Origin: Lachnospiraceae bacterium
GTDB taxonomy: Bacteria; Bacillota; Clostridia; Lachnospirales; Lachnospiraceae
Direction: 5' to 3'
Assembly: GCA_030526245.1 (NCBI GenBank)
Contig: JAUNDD010000002.1
Span: 35,972 to 99,971 of the forward strand
DNA: 64,000 nucleotides
Shown: positions 33,435-42,457 of the stretch, in pieces
Numbering within the stretch: the stretch's first letter is position 1
Layout: every line of letters starts with the position of its first letter
Position numbers and translations under genes: made by a program
Notes under the pieces: model-generated
Told to the model about the DNA's origin: nothing
The model's input: the letters and a program-made list of their open reading frames with translations, nothing else
Database searches by the model: none

Positions 33435-33979
33435 TGGCGGAACCCGGCCTGGGTCTGGCGCCGCTGGTATCCTATACCACCCGGCCGATCCGGGAGGGGG
33501 AAGTGGACGGAGAGACCTACCATTTTACCGATGAGGCCGGACTGAAAAGCCTGCAGGAGCAGGGAAAGGTGATCGAGGTCCGCTGCTATCAGACCGTATG
33601 CGGTCCCTGGTATTATTTCACCGCTGACGACGGCTCGGTGGAGGCGGAGGGCGGTGACCGGCTGTACATCGGCACCCTGGTCTCCTACGAAAAGCTGCGG
33701 GATCATTTCGGTGAGGATCGGGTCTGCCCCATCTACATCGAGGTGGAGGACAGGACAAGACTGGAACGATCCATTGCCCGGGAGAGCCGGCAGAAAACGC
33801 CGCGTTATGAGGAGGTCTGCCGCCGGTTCCTGGCGGATCAGGAGGATTTTGCCGAAGAAAAGCTGGCAGCGGCGGGCATTGGGCGCCGGTTCAGCAACCA
33901 GGGTGAGCCCGGTGAGTGCCTGGAGCAGGTGCGGGCGTATATTTGGTCAATGAGGGAATCCGGAGGGATTTCCAGATAG
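33368..33979 (+). CDS. guanylate kinase-like P-loop protein
   Basis: 203 aa. P-loop GKSATGKDT and GMP-binding-like SYTTRPIREGEVDGETYHF. RBS GGAGGAG. Confidence 0.75.
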   Translation: MGKIFCLLGKSATGKDTIYEQLMAEPGLGLAPLVSYTTRPIREGEVDGETYHFTDEAGLKSLQEQGKVIEVRCYQTVCGPWYYFTADDGSVEAEGGDRLYIGTLVSYEKLRDHFGEDRVCPIYIEVEDRTRLERSIARESRQKTPRYEEVCRRFLADQEDFAEEKLAAAGIGRRFSNQGEPGECLEQVRAYIWSMRESGGISR

Positions 33980-33996
33980 AATAAAGGAGAAATGTT

Positions 33997-34101
33997 ATGG
34001 GAAAGTTAGGACCGAAGAAGAGTAATAAGGATGCAAAGCAGAAGCAGATGGCCCAGCAGCTGGCAGCGCTGGCCAGAAAGAATGCCGGAAAGAAGAAATA
34101 A
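33997..34101 (+). CDS. putative 34-aa lysine-rich small protein
   Basis: Translation is MGKLGPKKSNKDAKQKQMAQQLAALARKNAGKKK. AAAGGAGAA lies 7 nt upstream of the ATG. It sits 15 nt before the next gene and is below the ORF-track cutoff. No homology is recognised. Confidence 0.4.
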   Translation: MGKLGPKKSNKDAKQKQMAQQLAALARKNAGKKK

Positions 34102-34115
34102 CCAGGCGGGAAGGC

Positions 34116-36011
34116 ATGGAAAGCATGAAAGCGGATAAGAGTAAGGTGTTTCGCCTGTTCCGGGGCTGTGTGCTTTTGGGGATCTGGGCGGTGGTGTGTT
34201 TTCTGGCGGTGGAAGCGGCCATGCATACCGGAAACAGGATCCTGCCCAAAAGTGCGGGAGCCCTGATCCTGAATGTGTACCTCTATTTTCTCGTTGAGCT
34301 GGTGTTTCTGGTCCTGTTTCGCAGGCTGTCGGCGGTGCTGGTGGGCGGGGCGGTATTCTCGTCCCTGTTTGCGGCGGCCAACCTCTATGTGATCGAGTTT
34401 CGCCAGATCCCCATCTACGCCACAGACCTGACCACGGTGGGGACCGCCATGCAGGTGGCCGGAGAGTACGAATACCGGTTGAAGCGGGAGCTGCTGATTC
34501 TGGCTGGTCTGATCGTTGCTGCGGTGGTGCTGGGAATCTGGCTGGAGCGCCGAAGAAAAAAGAACGGAAGCCATCGGCGGACCGGCTGGAGATCCTACCT
34601 GGCGGGGCTGCTGGGGGGCGTGCTTTTAGTGGCCGGCTCGGGCTATATGCTCTGGTTTTCGCCGCTTCTTAGAAACCGCATTGCGCTTCGGAATAACCGC
34701 CCGATCCAGAGCTACATCGATTCGGGCGGACTTCTGATCTTTGCCAAGAGCTTTAAGGTGCTGTTTGTCGAAAAACCGGAGGGCTACTCCGCCGCGGAGA
34801 TCCGGCGGATCGAGGAGACCTACCCGGCGGAGAATCCGGGTGAGCCGGAAGAGGCGGCAGCTTCCGGAGAAAAAAGTGTCGGAAACCAGGCGGTGACGAC
34901 CAGAACCCCGAACGTGATCATCGTGATGAATGAGGCCCTGGCGGATCTGCAGCAGACGGGCAGCTTTGAGACCAGTGAAGAGGTGCTGCCCTTCCTGTCC
35001 GGACTGACCGAAAATACGGTGAGCGGCCGGTGCTATGTGTCCGTATTCGGCGGCCATACCGCAAACTCGGAGTATGAGGTGCTCACCGGCGACAGCATGG
35101 CCTATCTGCCGGCGGATATTACCCCTTATCAGATGTATGTGAAGCACGATATGGCTTCCCTGCCCCGGGAGCTGGCGGAGAAAGGCTACCGGACACTGGC
35201 CATGCATCCGAATGCGGGCAGCAATTATCAGAGAAACGCAGTCTATCAGCACTTTGGAATCGAGCGGTTCCTCACCATCGATGACTTTGAGCAGACACCG
35301 GAAAACCTGGTGCGCAGGCTGATCTCGGATCAGGCGGATGTAAGCCGGATCATCGCGGAGTATGAGGACTGCCGGGCCCAGGGGGATGAGCCCTATTTCA
35401 TGTTCAATGTGACCATGCAGAATCACAGCTCCTACTCCAGTGCCTTCGACAATCTGCCGGAGACGATCGAGATCACTACGGAGAATTGTCAGGATGAGGA
35501 GGCCCGGCGCTATCTGAACCTGATCCGTCTAACGGATGCGGCCATGCAGGCGCTGATCGAATACTTTGAGCAGATCGAGGAACCGACGGTGATCCTGCTC
35601 TTTGGCGATCATCAGCCCGGACTTTCGGAAAAGTTCTATTCCACCATTCTGGGGAAAGAGGTAAGAGCCTTAAGTGCCGAGGAGGAGCTGCGAAGCCGCT
35701 ACTGGACCCCCTACTGGATCTGGGCCAACTATGATATCGAGGAACAGACCGGCCGGGATGTCAGTGCCAACTATCTTCAGATGCTTTTGAAGGAGACCGC
35801 CGGCATGGAGTTAACACCCTATGACCGGTTCCTGCAGCGGCTGTCCCGGGAGATGCCGGTGATCACGGTGCAGGGCATGATCGATTCGGAGGATCGGTAT
35901 CACCGGCTGCAGGATACCGAGGTGGCCTGCCGGCAGATGCTGAAGGATTATGAGATGCTGGTCTACAATCATCTGTTTGACCGGAAGAATCCGTCGGACT
36001 GGTTTCAGTGA
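34116..36011 (+). CDS. LTA synthase family protein (polytopic N-domain plus extracellular sulfatase/alkaline-phosphatase-type domain), paralog 1
   Basis: 631 aa. Five or more N-terminal TM helices. Extracellular domain with IVMNEALADL, SVFGGHTANSEYEVLTGD, MHPN and LFGDHQP motifs typical of LtaS-like enzymes. Confidence 0.8.
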   Translation: MESMKADKSKVFRLFRGCVLLGIWAVVCFLAVEAAMHTGNRILPKSAGALILNVYLYFLVELVFLVLFRRLSAVLVGGAVFSSLFAAANLYVIEFRQIPIYATDLTTVGTAMQVAGEYEYRLKRELLILAGLIVAAVVLGIWLERRRKKNGSHRRTGWRSYLAGLLGGVLLVAGSGYMLWFSPLLRNRIALRNNRPIQSYIDSGGLLIFAKSFKVLFVEKPEGYSAAEIRRIEETYPAENPGEPEEAAASGEKSVGNQAVTTRTPNVIIVMNEALADLQQTGSFETSEEVLPFLSGLTENTVSGRCYVSVFGGHTANSEYEVLTGDSMAYLPADITPYQMYVKHDMASLPRELAEKGYRTLAMHPNAGSNYQRNAVYQHFGIERFLTIDDFEQTPENLVRRLISDQADVSRIIAEYEDCRAQGDEPYFMFNVTMQNHSSYSSAFDNLPETIEITTENCQDEEARRYLNLIRLTDAAMQALIEYFEQIEEPTVILLFGDHQPGLSEKFYSTILGKEVRALSAEEELRSRYWTPYWIWANYDIEEQTGRDVSANYLQMLLKETAGMELTPYDRFLQRLSREMPVITVQGMIDSEDRYHRLQDTEVACRQMLKDYEMLVYNHLFDRKNPSDWFQ

Positions 36012-36140
36012 TCCGGTAAGGAAGCGGTCGGCGTTATTGTGATGTACGGCTGCAGCTTGCTGCGTGAAGCGGCTGCAGTACCTGCGGCAGACGATCACGA
36101 TTTACTGTCTGGTCAAATTTGAAAAAGAGGAAGAAGTAAT

Positions 36141-38120
36141 ATGTCTAAGATCATCCGAAGAGATGCGTTAAGACAGCACAGGGGATGGCTGATCAAAACC
36201 GCCGTGCTGCTGGTTTATCCGTTTCTTTGCTTTTATATTTCTGAGCTGGCGATGGAGTTTGGAAAGGATGTACTTCCTTACGGTGTGTATGTTCATCTGT
36301 TCAATTATCTCTGGTATCTGCTGCCGGAGCTGGCGCTGCTGGCCCTGACCCGCTCGGCCTGGCCGGCGATTACGGGTCTGACGATATGGACGGTGCTGTT
36401 TTCCACGGTGAATATCTTTCTGATGCAGTTTCGTTCCATCCCGCTGTACATGACAGATCTGGTGGTGGCCGGAACGGCCATGAATGTGGCGGGGGAGTAT
36501 TCCTATAAGCCCACCAGGGGAATCTGGATTCTGGCGGCTTTTCTGGTGGCGGGATGTCTGCTTGGCTGGTTCTGCCGCAGAAAGCAGAAGCGGCCGATCC
36601 GCTGGCTTTCCTATCTGCTGGGGGTGGCCGTATCCTTTGCAGCCATCGGGGGCTTGTACGGGTACACTCTGTTTTCCCCGCGCATGGCGCAGCGCGTTCC
36701 ACTGTCCAACGGTTTTAATCCAACCAGCCGCTATATCAAGCATGGCGGCATGCTGAGTTTTATGCGCAGCGGCGCGTTTTTTCATACCAGGGCGCCGGAG
36801 GGCTACGATGAGGATGCCGTGCGGGCACTGACGGAAGAGCTGGCGGTGGAGTATGGAGCAGGTGATTTGACAGCTCAGATGGATACGGCAGCGGCGCCTG
36901 CAGTATCTGCAGCAAAAGCTGACAGCGCGGAAAACGGTGCAGTCGAGGCGGGAAAGGAAAATGGAGAGGCTTCGGCCGCGGCAGCAGAAATGCCGGGCTG
37001 GGAGGACATCAACCTGATCGTGATCATGGATGAGACCTTTGCGGACCTCCAGCAGACCTGTGATTTTGAAACGAACGAGGATGTCATGCCTTTCTACCAC
37101 AGCCTGACAGAAAATACCCGGAAAGGACTGATGGTCACCTCGGTCTTCGGTGGTGAAACGGCCAACTCCGAGTATGAATTCCTGACGGGTGACAGCATTG
37201 CCTTCCTGCCGTCCCGGTCCTCACCCTTCCAGACCTTTATCAAGTATCCGATGGATTCTTTCTCGCTGGGAATGGAAGAGCTGGGCTATGCCGGACGGAT
37301 CGCTATGCATCCCTACCTGCGCAAGGGCTATAACCGGGAAACGGCTTACAGCAATCTGGGCTTTACATCCTTCATCAGCGTGGAGGATCTGCCGAAGGAT
37401 ATAGCGAAGATCCGGAACCGGGTCACCGATGAGGCGGATGTGGACTGGATGATCGAGACCTTTGATGAACTGATCCGGGAGCATGAGGAACCGGTATTCC
37501 TCTATAATGTCACCATGCAGAACCACGGGCCCCATGATGTGCCCTGGGATGATGTGCCGGATACGATCCGGATCACCAGTGAGGGCGTGGCGGATCAGGC
37601 CACCGTCGAACAGTATCTGAATCTGGTACACCTGTCGGATGCGGCGCTGGAGAAGCTGATCCGGTATTGTGAAACGCTGGAGGAGCCCACGGTGGTAGTC
37701 TTCTTCGGAGATCATCTGCCGTCCATCACACCGGAGTTCTATCAGTCGGTGACCGGAGCGGATAAGGATACGGCGAAGGGAAGCGACATCTTAAACTATT
37801 ACCGTGTACCCTATCTGATCTGGAGCAATTTTGAAAGTGAATCCCAGACCGTGGATGATATGAGCATCAACTATCTTCATACGGTGGTGCAGGAGCGCTT
37901 TAACCTGCCTATGAGCGGGTACGACCGGTATGTGAACCGGCTCATGGAAGCCTACCCGGTGTTGTCGGCCCATGGCGTGATCGATGCCGCTGGACAGTAT
38001 TATGCACCGGATGATGAGGAGCTGCTGAGCCAGGAACTGTATCAGCAGTACAGCTATCTGTCCTTTTATCATCTGTTTGACTCCCAGGAGGGCGAGGCCT
38101 TTTACTGTGTTGGCAGATGA
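36141..38120 (+). CDS. LTA synthase family protein, paralog 2
   Basis: 659 aa with the same architecture as paralog 1 (IVIMDETFADL, SVFGGETANSEYEFLTGD, MHPY, FFGDHLP). RBS AAAGAGGAAG. Confidence 0.8.
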   Translation: MSKIIRRDALRQHRGWLIKTAVLLVYPFLCFYISELAMEFGKDVLPYGVYVHLFNYLWYLLPELALLALTRSAWPAITGLTIWTVLFSTVNIFLMQFRSIPLYMTDLVVAGTAMNVAGEYSYKPTRGIWILAAFLVAGCLLGWFCRRKQKRPIRWLSYLLGVAVSFAAIGGLYGYTLFSPRMAQRVPLSNGFNPTSRYIKHGGMLSFMRSGAFFHTRAPEGYDEDAVRALTEELAVEYGAGDLTAQMDTAAAPAVSAAKADSAENGAVEAGKENGEASAAAAEMPGWEDINLIVIMDETFADLQQTCDFETNEDVMPFYHSLTENTRKGLMVTSVFGGETANSEYEFLTGDSIAFLPSRSSPFQTFIKYPMDSFSLGMEELGYAGRIAMHPYLRKGYNRETAYSNLGFTSFISVEDLPKDIAKIRNRVTDEADVDWMIETFDELIREHEEPVFLYNVTMQNHGPHDVPWDDVPDTIRITSEGVADQATVEQYLNLVHLSDAALEKLIRYCETLEEPTVVVFFGDHLPSITPEFYQSVTGADKDTAKGSDILNYYRVPYLIWSNFESESQTVDDMSINYLHTVVQERFNLPMSGYDRYVNRLMEAYPVLSAHGVIDAAGQYYAPDDEELLSQELYQQYSYLSFYHLFDSQEGEAFYCVGR

Positions 38121-38160
38121 CCGGGCATGGCAGAGGCAAAGTGAATTCGGAATAGAATCA

Positions 38161-38192
38161 AAAAAGGAGATCCGCTGTGGATCTCCTTTTTG
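38161..38192. terminator. bidirectional rho-independent terminator
   Basis: AAAAA-GGAGATCC-gctgt-GGATCTCC-TTTTT. Confidence 0.85.
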
Positions 38193-38223
38193 TATAGGCA
38201 GGAAATTCTGGAAGGAATTTCCT

Positions 38224-38250
38224 GGTACAGTTCACTGCGTGAACTGTACC
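38224..38250. repeat. solo palindrome of the GTTACAGTTCA element family (12-3-12)
   Basis: GGTACAGTTCAC-tgc-GTGAACTGTACC. It is flanked by the direct repeat ATTTCCT (38217-38223 and 38252-58). It lies just past the 3' end of the HNH gene. Confidence 0.75.
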
Positions 38251-38328
38251 TATTTCCTGCGGGTTTGTATCATTGGGCAGGTATCCGGATCGTCGCTGCA
38301 GGGCAAACCATGCAGGCCCCCTCGGGGA

Positions 38329-40533
38329 TCAATCCAGATCGTCCTCCAGCTCCTTGATCAGCTTTTTCAGCTTCTTGGCACGTTTGCGTCCGTAGCGAAG
38401 CTTGGCCTGATACAGGAAGATGTGTTCGATCCGCTCGAAGAATTCATCCCCCAGACTGTCGTCCTTGGCCTTGTTGCAGAAGCTGCAGCAGGCCTGCAGA
38501 TTGTCCAGATCGTTGGTGCCGCCCTTGGAAAGCGGGATGATGTGGTCGACGGTGTATTCCTCCAGCGGAATAAAGCGACCGCAGATGCCGCAGTGTCCCT
38601 CGGTACGGTTGTAGATCAGATGACGCTCCTGGATGGTAAAGAGACGACGCTTGGACTGTGCCTCCGATACCGGAATGTTGCGTCCCTTTTTGCCGCGGAA
38701 GCGATCCGGGCGGCGGGAACGACGGTTGACCTCGGCCTCATGAGCGGAGGTGTCGTTTGCCGGAGCCGGAGCAGCCGGCGAAGCGGGAGCGGATACGACC
38801 GGTGCTGCCGGTGCCGGATCCGATGTCAGGCGGGATGCCTCCAGGGTATCCTGCTTGGCATTATGCTGCCGCATGACGCGGCGCATACGGCGTCTGGCCT
38901 GGTTGGACATACGCGGCTGCTGTTCCTCGGCCGGAGCCTGGGGGGTTGCGGCAGAAGCGTTTTCCTCGAAGGTATCGACCGGAGCCTGTTCCCTGTAAAC
39001 GGGAGCCGTTTCCTGATTGCGGGAGACCGGAGCCTCCTGGTAAGCCGAAGCCGTTTCCTGTCTCTGGAGTTCAGCTGTTTCCTGACGGGAGGAACGCTGT
39101 CTCCGGGAGGATCTGCGCCGGCGATCGGAAGATGCTGTCGATCTTGCTGTTTCGTCAGCTGTTTCCTGGGCAGGTGTATGACCTGCGTGGCCGGAGGTCT
39201 CCTGAGCCGGAGCGTGATCTTCGCGGACCGGAGCTTCCTGAGCCGGAGCGTGATCTTCGCGGATTGGGGCCTCCTGAGCAGAAACCAGATCTTCGCGGAT
39301 CGGAGTTTCCGGAACCGGAGCCTCTTCTGCAAAGGCAGTGCTGTGTCTGGCCGGAGCTTCCGGGGCATCGACAGCTGTTTCAGCCGGGCGTTTTTCTTCA
39401 CGAACCGGTGCCGGAGCTTCCGTCTTGCGATTGCGTTTGTTCTTCAGGGACGGGACCACAATGACCTCATCATCCCAAAGGCGGGAGCTGGCCTCCAGCA
39501 TAGCCTGGAAGGGGTCCGCCGGAGCCTGCGCAGCTTTCACAGCCGGGGATACAGCTTCCGGCTGGCTGGCAGCCTTCACCGGCTGATGCTCGTGTACCGT
39601 CATGGTAAAGAGCGGAGCAGCAGCTTCAGCGGAAACGGGTGTTGTTTCGGCGGCAGCTTCAGTGATCTCGGCGGCATCGTTCTCCGGAGCAGCGATCTCA
39701 GCTTCATCGGCGACAGCCTGATCCCCGGTCTCCGAAGCTGTGAACTCAGCCTCATCGGCAGATCCTGCGACCTGGGCGATCTCCGTATCCTGAGCAGTGA
39801 TCTCAGCTTCATCGGCGCCAGGCTGGTCCACGGTCTCCGAAGCTGTGAATTCAGCCTCAGTGGCAGCAACCGGCGCTTCGGTGTCCTGAGCAGCCATTGC
39901 AGTCTCAGTGGCAGCGATCGTCGCTTCGGTGTCCTGAGCAGCGGCGCTGGTCTCCATAGCAGTTACATCAACGGTTACATCCGCGGCTGCCTGCGCAGCC
40001 TGCTCGGTCTGTACAGCTGCAGCTTCTGCATTCTCGGCCTGACGGGACCGTCTGCGGCGGCCGCCGCGATGGCGGCTTCTGCGTGCCGGTGCATTTTCCT
40101 CAGCTGCATGGTTGGTTTCGGCGTTTGCTTCGCCGGTGGTCTCCGCTGCGATGGCGGCGGAGGTGTCCTTTGCTGCTTCCTCCTGGGAAACAGCGGTTTC
40201 TGCCGGTGCGGCAGTGTTGGTGGCTGCGCTGATCGGTTCGTCAGCGGCGTTGGCCTGCGGGGCATTTGCCGAAGATGCGTCGGCGGCTGCTTTTCTGGTG
40301 CGTCGGCGTTTGGTGCCGGAAGCTTTCTGTTCGGCTTCCGGAGCCGGTGCTTTTGCAGCGGATAAATCAACGATCTCGAAGCCCTTCAGCTTCTTGGTTG
40401 CCCGGGCCAGAAGTTTTTCGGCGGCATCCAGGCTGCGGAACTTAGTGGCTTCCGCAAGCTCCTGCACGATCTCCACGGCCTGTGACCGTGTGCGGCGGCA
40501 ATAGGATGTGCCGTTCGTAATAATATATGACAT
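38329..40533 (-). CDS. HNH endonuclease domain protein with a ~560-aa repetitive, low-complexity (A/E/T/P/Q-rich) central region
   Basis: Start ATG 40533 after GGAGGG. About 60 aa at the N-terminus look ordered. The central region is built from 12-, 16- and 35-aa repeats. C-terminal HNH motif is CGICGRFIPLEEYTVDHIIPLSKGGTNDLDNLQACCSFCNKAKDD. The tail is basic. Confidence 0.8.
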   Translation of the reverse strand: MSYIITNGTSYCRRTRSQAVEIVQELAEATKFRSLDAAEKLLARATKKLKGFEIVDLSAAKAPAPEAEQKASGTKRRRTRKAAADASSANAPQANAADEPISAATNTAAPAETAVSQEEAAKDTSAAIAAETTGEANAETNHAAEENAPARRSRHRGGRRRRSRQAENAEAAAVQTEQAAQAAADVTVDVTAMETSAAAQDTEATIAATETAMAAQDTEAPVAATEAEFTASETVDQPGADEAEITAQDTEIAQVAGSADEAEFTASETGDQAVADEAEIAAPENDAAEITEAAAETTPVSAEAAAPLFTMTVHEHQPVKAASQPEAVSPAVKAAQAPADPFQAMLEASSRLWDDEVIVVPSLKNKRNRKTEAPAPVREEKRPAETAVDAPEAPARHSTAFAEEAPVPETPIREDLVSAQEAPIREDHAPAQEAPVREDHAPAQETSGHAGHTPAQETADETARSTASSDRRRRSSRRQRSSRQETAELQRQETASAYQEAPVSRNQETAPVYREQAPVDTFEENASAATPQAPAEEQQPRMSNQARRRMRRVMRQHNAKQDTLEASRLTSDPAPAAPVVSAPASPAAPAPANDTSAHEAEVNRRSRRPDRFRGKKGRNIPVSEAQSKRRLFTIQERHLIYNRTEGHCGICGRFIPLEEYTVDHIIPLSKGGTNDLDNLQACCSFCNKAKDDSLGDEFFERIEHIFLYQAKLRYGRKRAKKLKKLIKELEDDLD

Positions 40534-40658
40534 ATAGCCCTCCATGTCTGATCTTGCCTGTGAGCAAAAAGCTTTCGATGACAGGCATATCAAACTTAGT
40601 ATAGCAAAGAATAAAACCTCAGACAACGAAAATAAGGAATTCACACAGTAACTATATT

Positions 40659-40686
40659 GGTTACAGTTCACGCGTGAACTGTAACC
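40659..40686. repeat. solo palindrome of the GTTACAGTTCA element family (perfect 28-nt palindrome)
   Basis: GGTTACAGTTCACG/CGTGAACTGTAACC, about 125 nt upstream of the HNH start codon. Confidence 0.8.
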
Positions 40687-40766
40687 TATAACGTATCAGA
40701 CGGAGCTTTGAGGCGGGGAGAAAAGGGTTTTCAGTGCTTTCAAAAGCAAGGGAAACGCATTTTTTC

Positions 40767-40795
40767 TTGCATTCGGGACAGAAACAGCATATTAT
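40767..40795 (+). promoter_or_regulatory. candidate sigma-A promoter of the aminotransferase gene
   Basis: TTGCAT at 40767-40772, a 17-nt spacer, then TATTAT at 40790-40795. This implies a leader of about 190 nt. Confidence 0.4.
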
Positions 40796-40990
40796 TACTC
40801 AGATATGTGTTTTTTGAAAGAAAAAACGTTACTGTCCACATGGTGAATGGTAACGAAATACAATTCTGTCCGGGCAGTTCGTTTCCGCAAGGTTTTGGCC
40901 TTAAGATGGCAAAAGCCCGGGGGACTGCATCAAAAATGCATGATCAAATTCGGATCGGGATAGATTCAGACTGAGAAAGTGAGGAAAGCC

Positions 40991-42295
40991 ATGAAATTAT
41001 TTACCGAGATGACTGCGGAAGAACTGAGAGAAGAGATGAATCGGGCGCAGGCTGAATACAAGAAGATGCAGGATATGGATCTGCATCTGGATATGAGCCG
41101 CGGCAAGCCCTGCCGTGATCAGCTGGATCTGTCCATGGGTATGATGGATGCGTTGAACTCGGATGCGGATATGACCTGTGAGGATGGCTTTGACTGCCGT
41201 AACTATGGTGTGCTTAGCGGCATCCAGGAGGCAAAGGTGCTTCTTGGCGATATGATGGAGAATAATCCGAGCAACATTCTGATCTACGGAAATTCTTCCC
41301 TGAACGTGATGTATGATACGATTTCCCGCGCCATGACCCACGGTATCATGGGCAACACCCCCTGGGGCAAGCTGGATAAGGTAAAATTCCTGTGTCCGGT
41401 ACCGGGCTATGATCGTCATTTCACCATTACCGAGCACTTTGGTATCGAAATGATCCCGGTTCCCATGACTCCCACCGGCCCGGATATGGATCTGGTGGAA
41501 AAGCTGGTGGCAGAGGATGAGGCCATCAAGGGTATCTGGTGCGTACCGAAGTACTCCAATCCCCAGGGATACTCCTATTCGGATGAGACCGTACGCCGCT
41601 TTGCAAGACTGAAGCCGGCAGCCAATGACTTCCGTATTTTCTGGGACAATGCCTACGGCATCCATCATCTGTATGACACGGATCAGGATTACCTGATCGA
41701 GATCCTGGCTGAATGTAAGCGTGCCGGAAATCCGGATATGGTCTACAAGTTTGCCAGCACCTCCAAGGTGACCTTCCCGGGCAGCGGTATTGCAGCACTG
41801 GCTACTTCTCTGAACAACCTGGAGGAGATCAAGAACCAGATGATGTGCCAGACTATCGGTTACGATAAGGTCAATCAGCTGCGTCATGTACGTTTCTTCG
41901 GCGATATCCACGGCATGGTAGAGCACATGCGCAAGCATGCGGATATCCTTCGTCCGAAGTTCGAAGCCGTTGAGGCGATTTTTGAGGAAAATCTGGGCGG
42001 TCTTGGCATCGGTGAGTGGACCAACCCGAAGGGCGGTTACTTCATTACCTTCGATTCTCTGCCGGGCTGTGCCAAGAGAATCGTGGAGAAGGCACGCAAG
42101 GCCGGTGTAACTCTGACCAAGGCCGGCGCGACCTGGCCCTATGGCAAGGATCCGCAGGATACCAACATTCGTATTGCACCCAGCTATCCGCCGCTGGAGG
42201 ATCTGAAGATGGCTGCCAAGCTGTTCACGATCTGTGTACGTTATATTTCCGCCAAGAAGCTTTTGGAGGAGATGGGCGAGCTGGGACAGGCGTAA
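40991..42295 (+). CDS. class I/II fold PLP-dependent aminotransferase
   Basis: 434 aa starting at ATG 40991 after GAGGAAA. N-terminus DMSRGKPCRDQLDL and FASTSKVTFPGSGIA (lysine-containing PLP region) are typical of the clostridial aspartate-aminotransferase-like family. Confidence 0.8.
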   Translation: MKLFTEMTAEELREEMNRAQAEYKKMQDMDLHLDMSRGKPCRDQLDLSMGMMDALNSDADMTCEDGFDCRNYGVLSGIQEAKVLLGDMMENNPSNILIYGNSSLNVMYDTISRAMTHGIMGNTPWGKLDKVKFLCPVPGYDRHFTITEHFGIEMIPVPMTPTGPDMDLVEKLVAEDEAIKGIWCVPKYSNPQGYSYSDETVRRFARLKPAANDFRIFWDNAYGIHHLYDTDQDYLIEILAECKRAGNPDMVYKFASTSKVTFPGSGIAALATSLNNLEEIKNQMMCQTIGYDKVNQLRHVRFFGDIHGMVEHMRKHADILRPKFEAVEAIFEENLGGLGIGEWTNPKGGYFITFDSLPGCAKRIVEKARKAGVTLTKAGATWPYGKDPQDTNIRIAPSYPPLEDLKMAAKLFTICVRYISAKKLLEEMGELGQA

Positions 42296-42314
42296 GCAGA
42301 AAAATATCAGGCAT

Positions 42315-42359
42315 AAAAAAACTCCCGGGAGTTCGTGTTGAACTCGCCGGGAGTTTTTG
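42315..42359. terminator. bidirectional rho-independent terminator between convergent genes
   Basis: AAAAAA-ACTCCCGGGAGTTC-gtgtt-GAACTCgCCGGGAGT-TTTT. Confidence 0.85.
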
Positions 42360-42457
42360 AGTTTCACAGGGCACGCCGTTCAAAACAGGGGAAGATCTTC
42401 GGAGAAACGCCGCAAAACGACTGGTGTGCTTCGCACGTCAGGCCCCGAACCGGAGGA

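Noticed and set aside
38077-40365. 762-aa plus-strand ORF overlapping the HNH gene region.
   Set aside because: It is antisense to the ORF that carries a bona fide HNH motif and a good RBS. Its translation is Cys/Ser/Gly/Arg/Leu-rich repeat noise generated by the in-frame tandem repeats.
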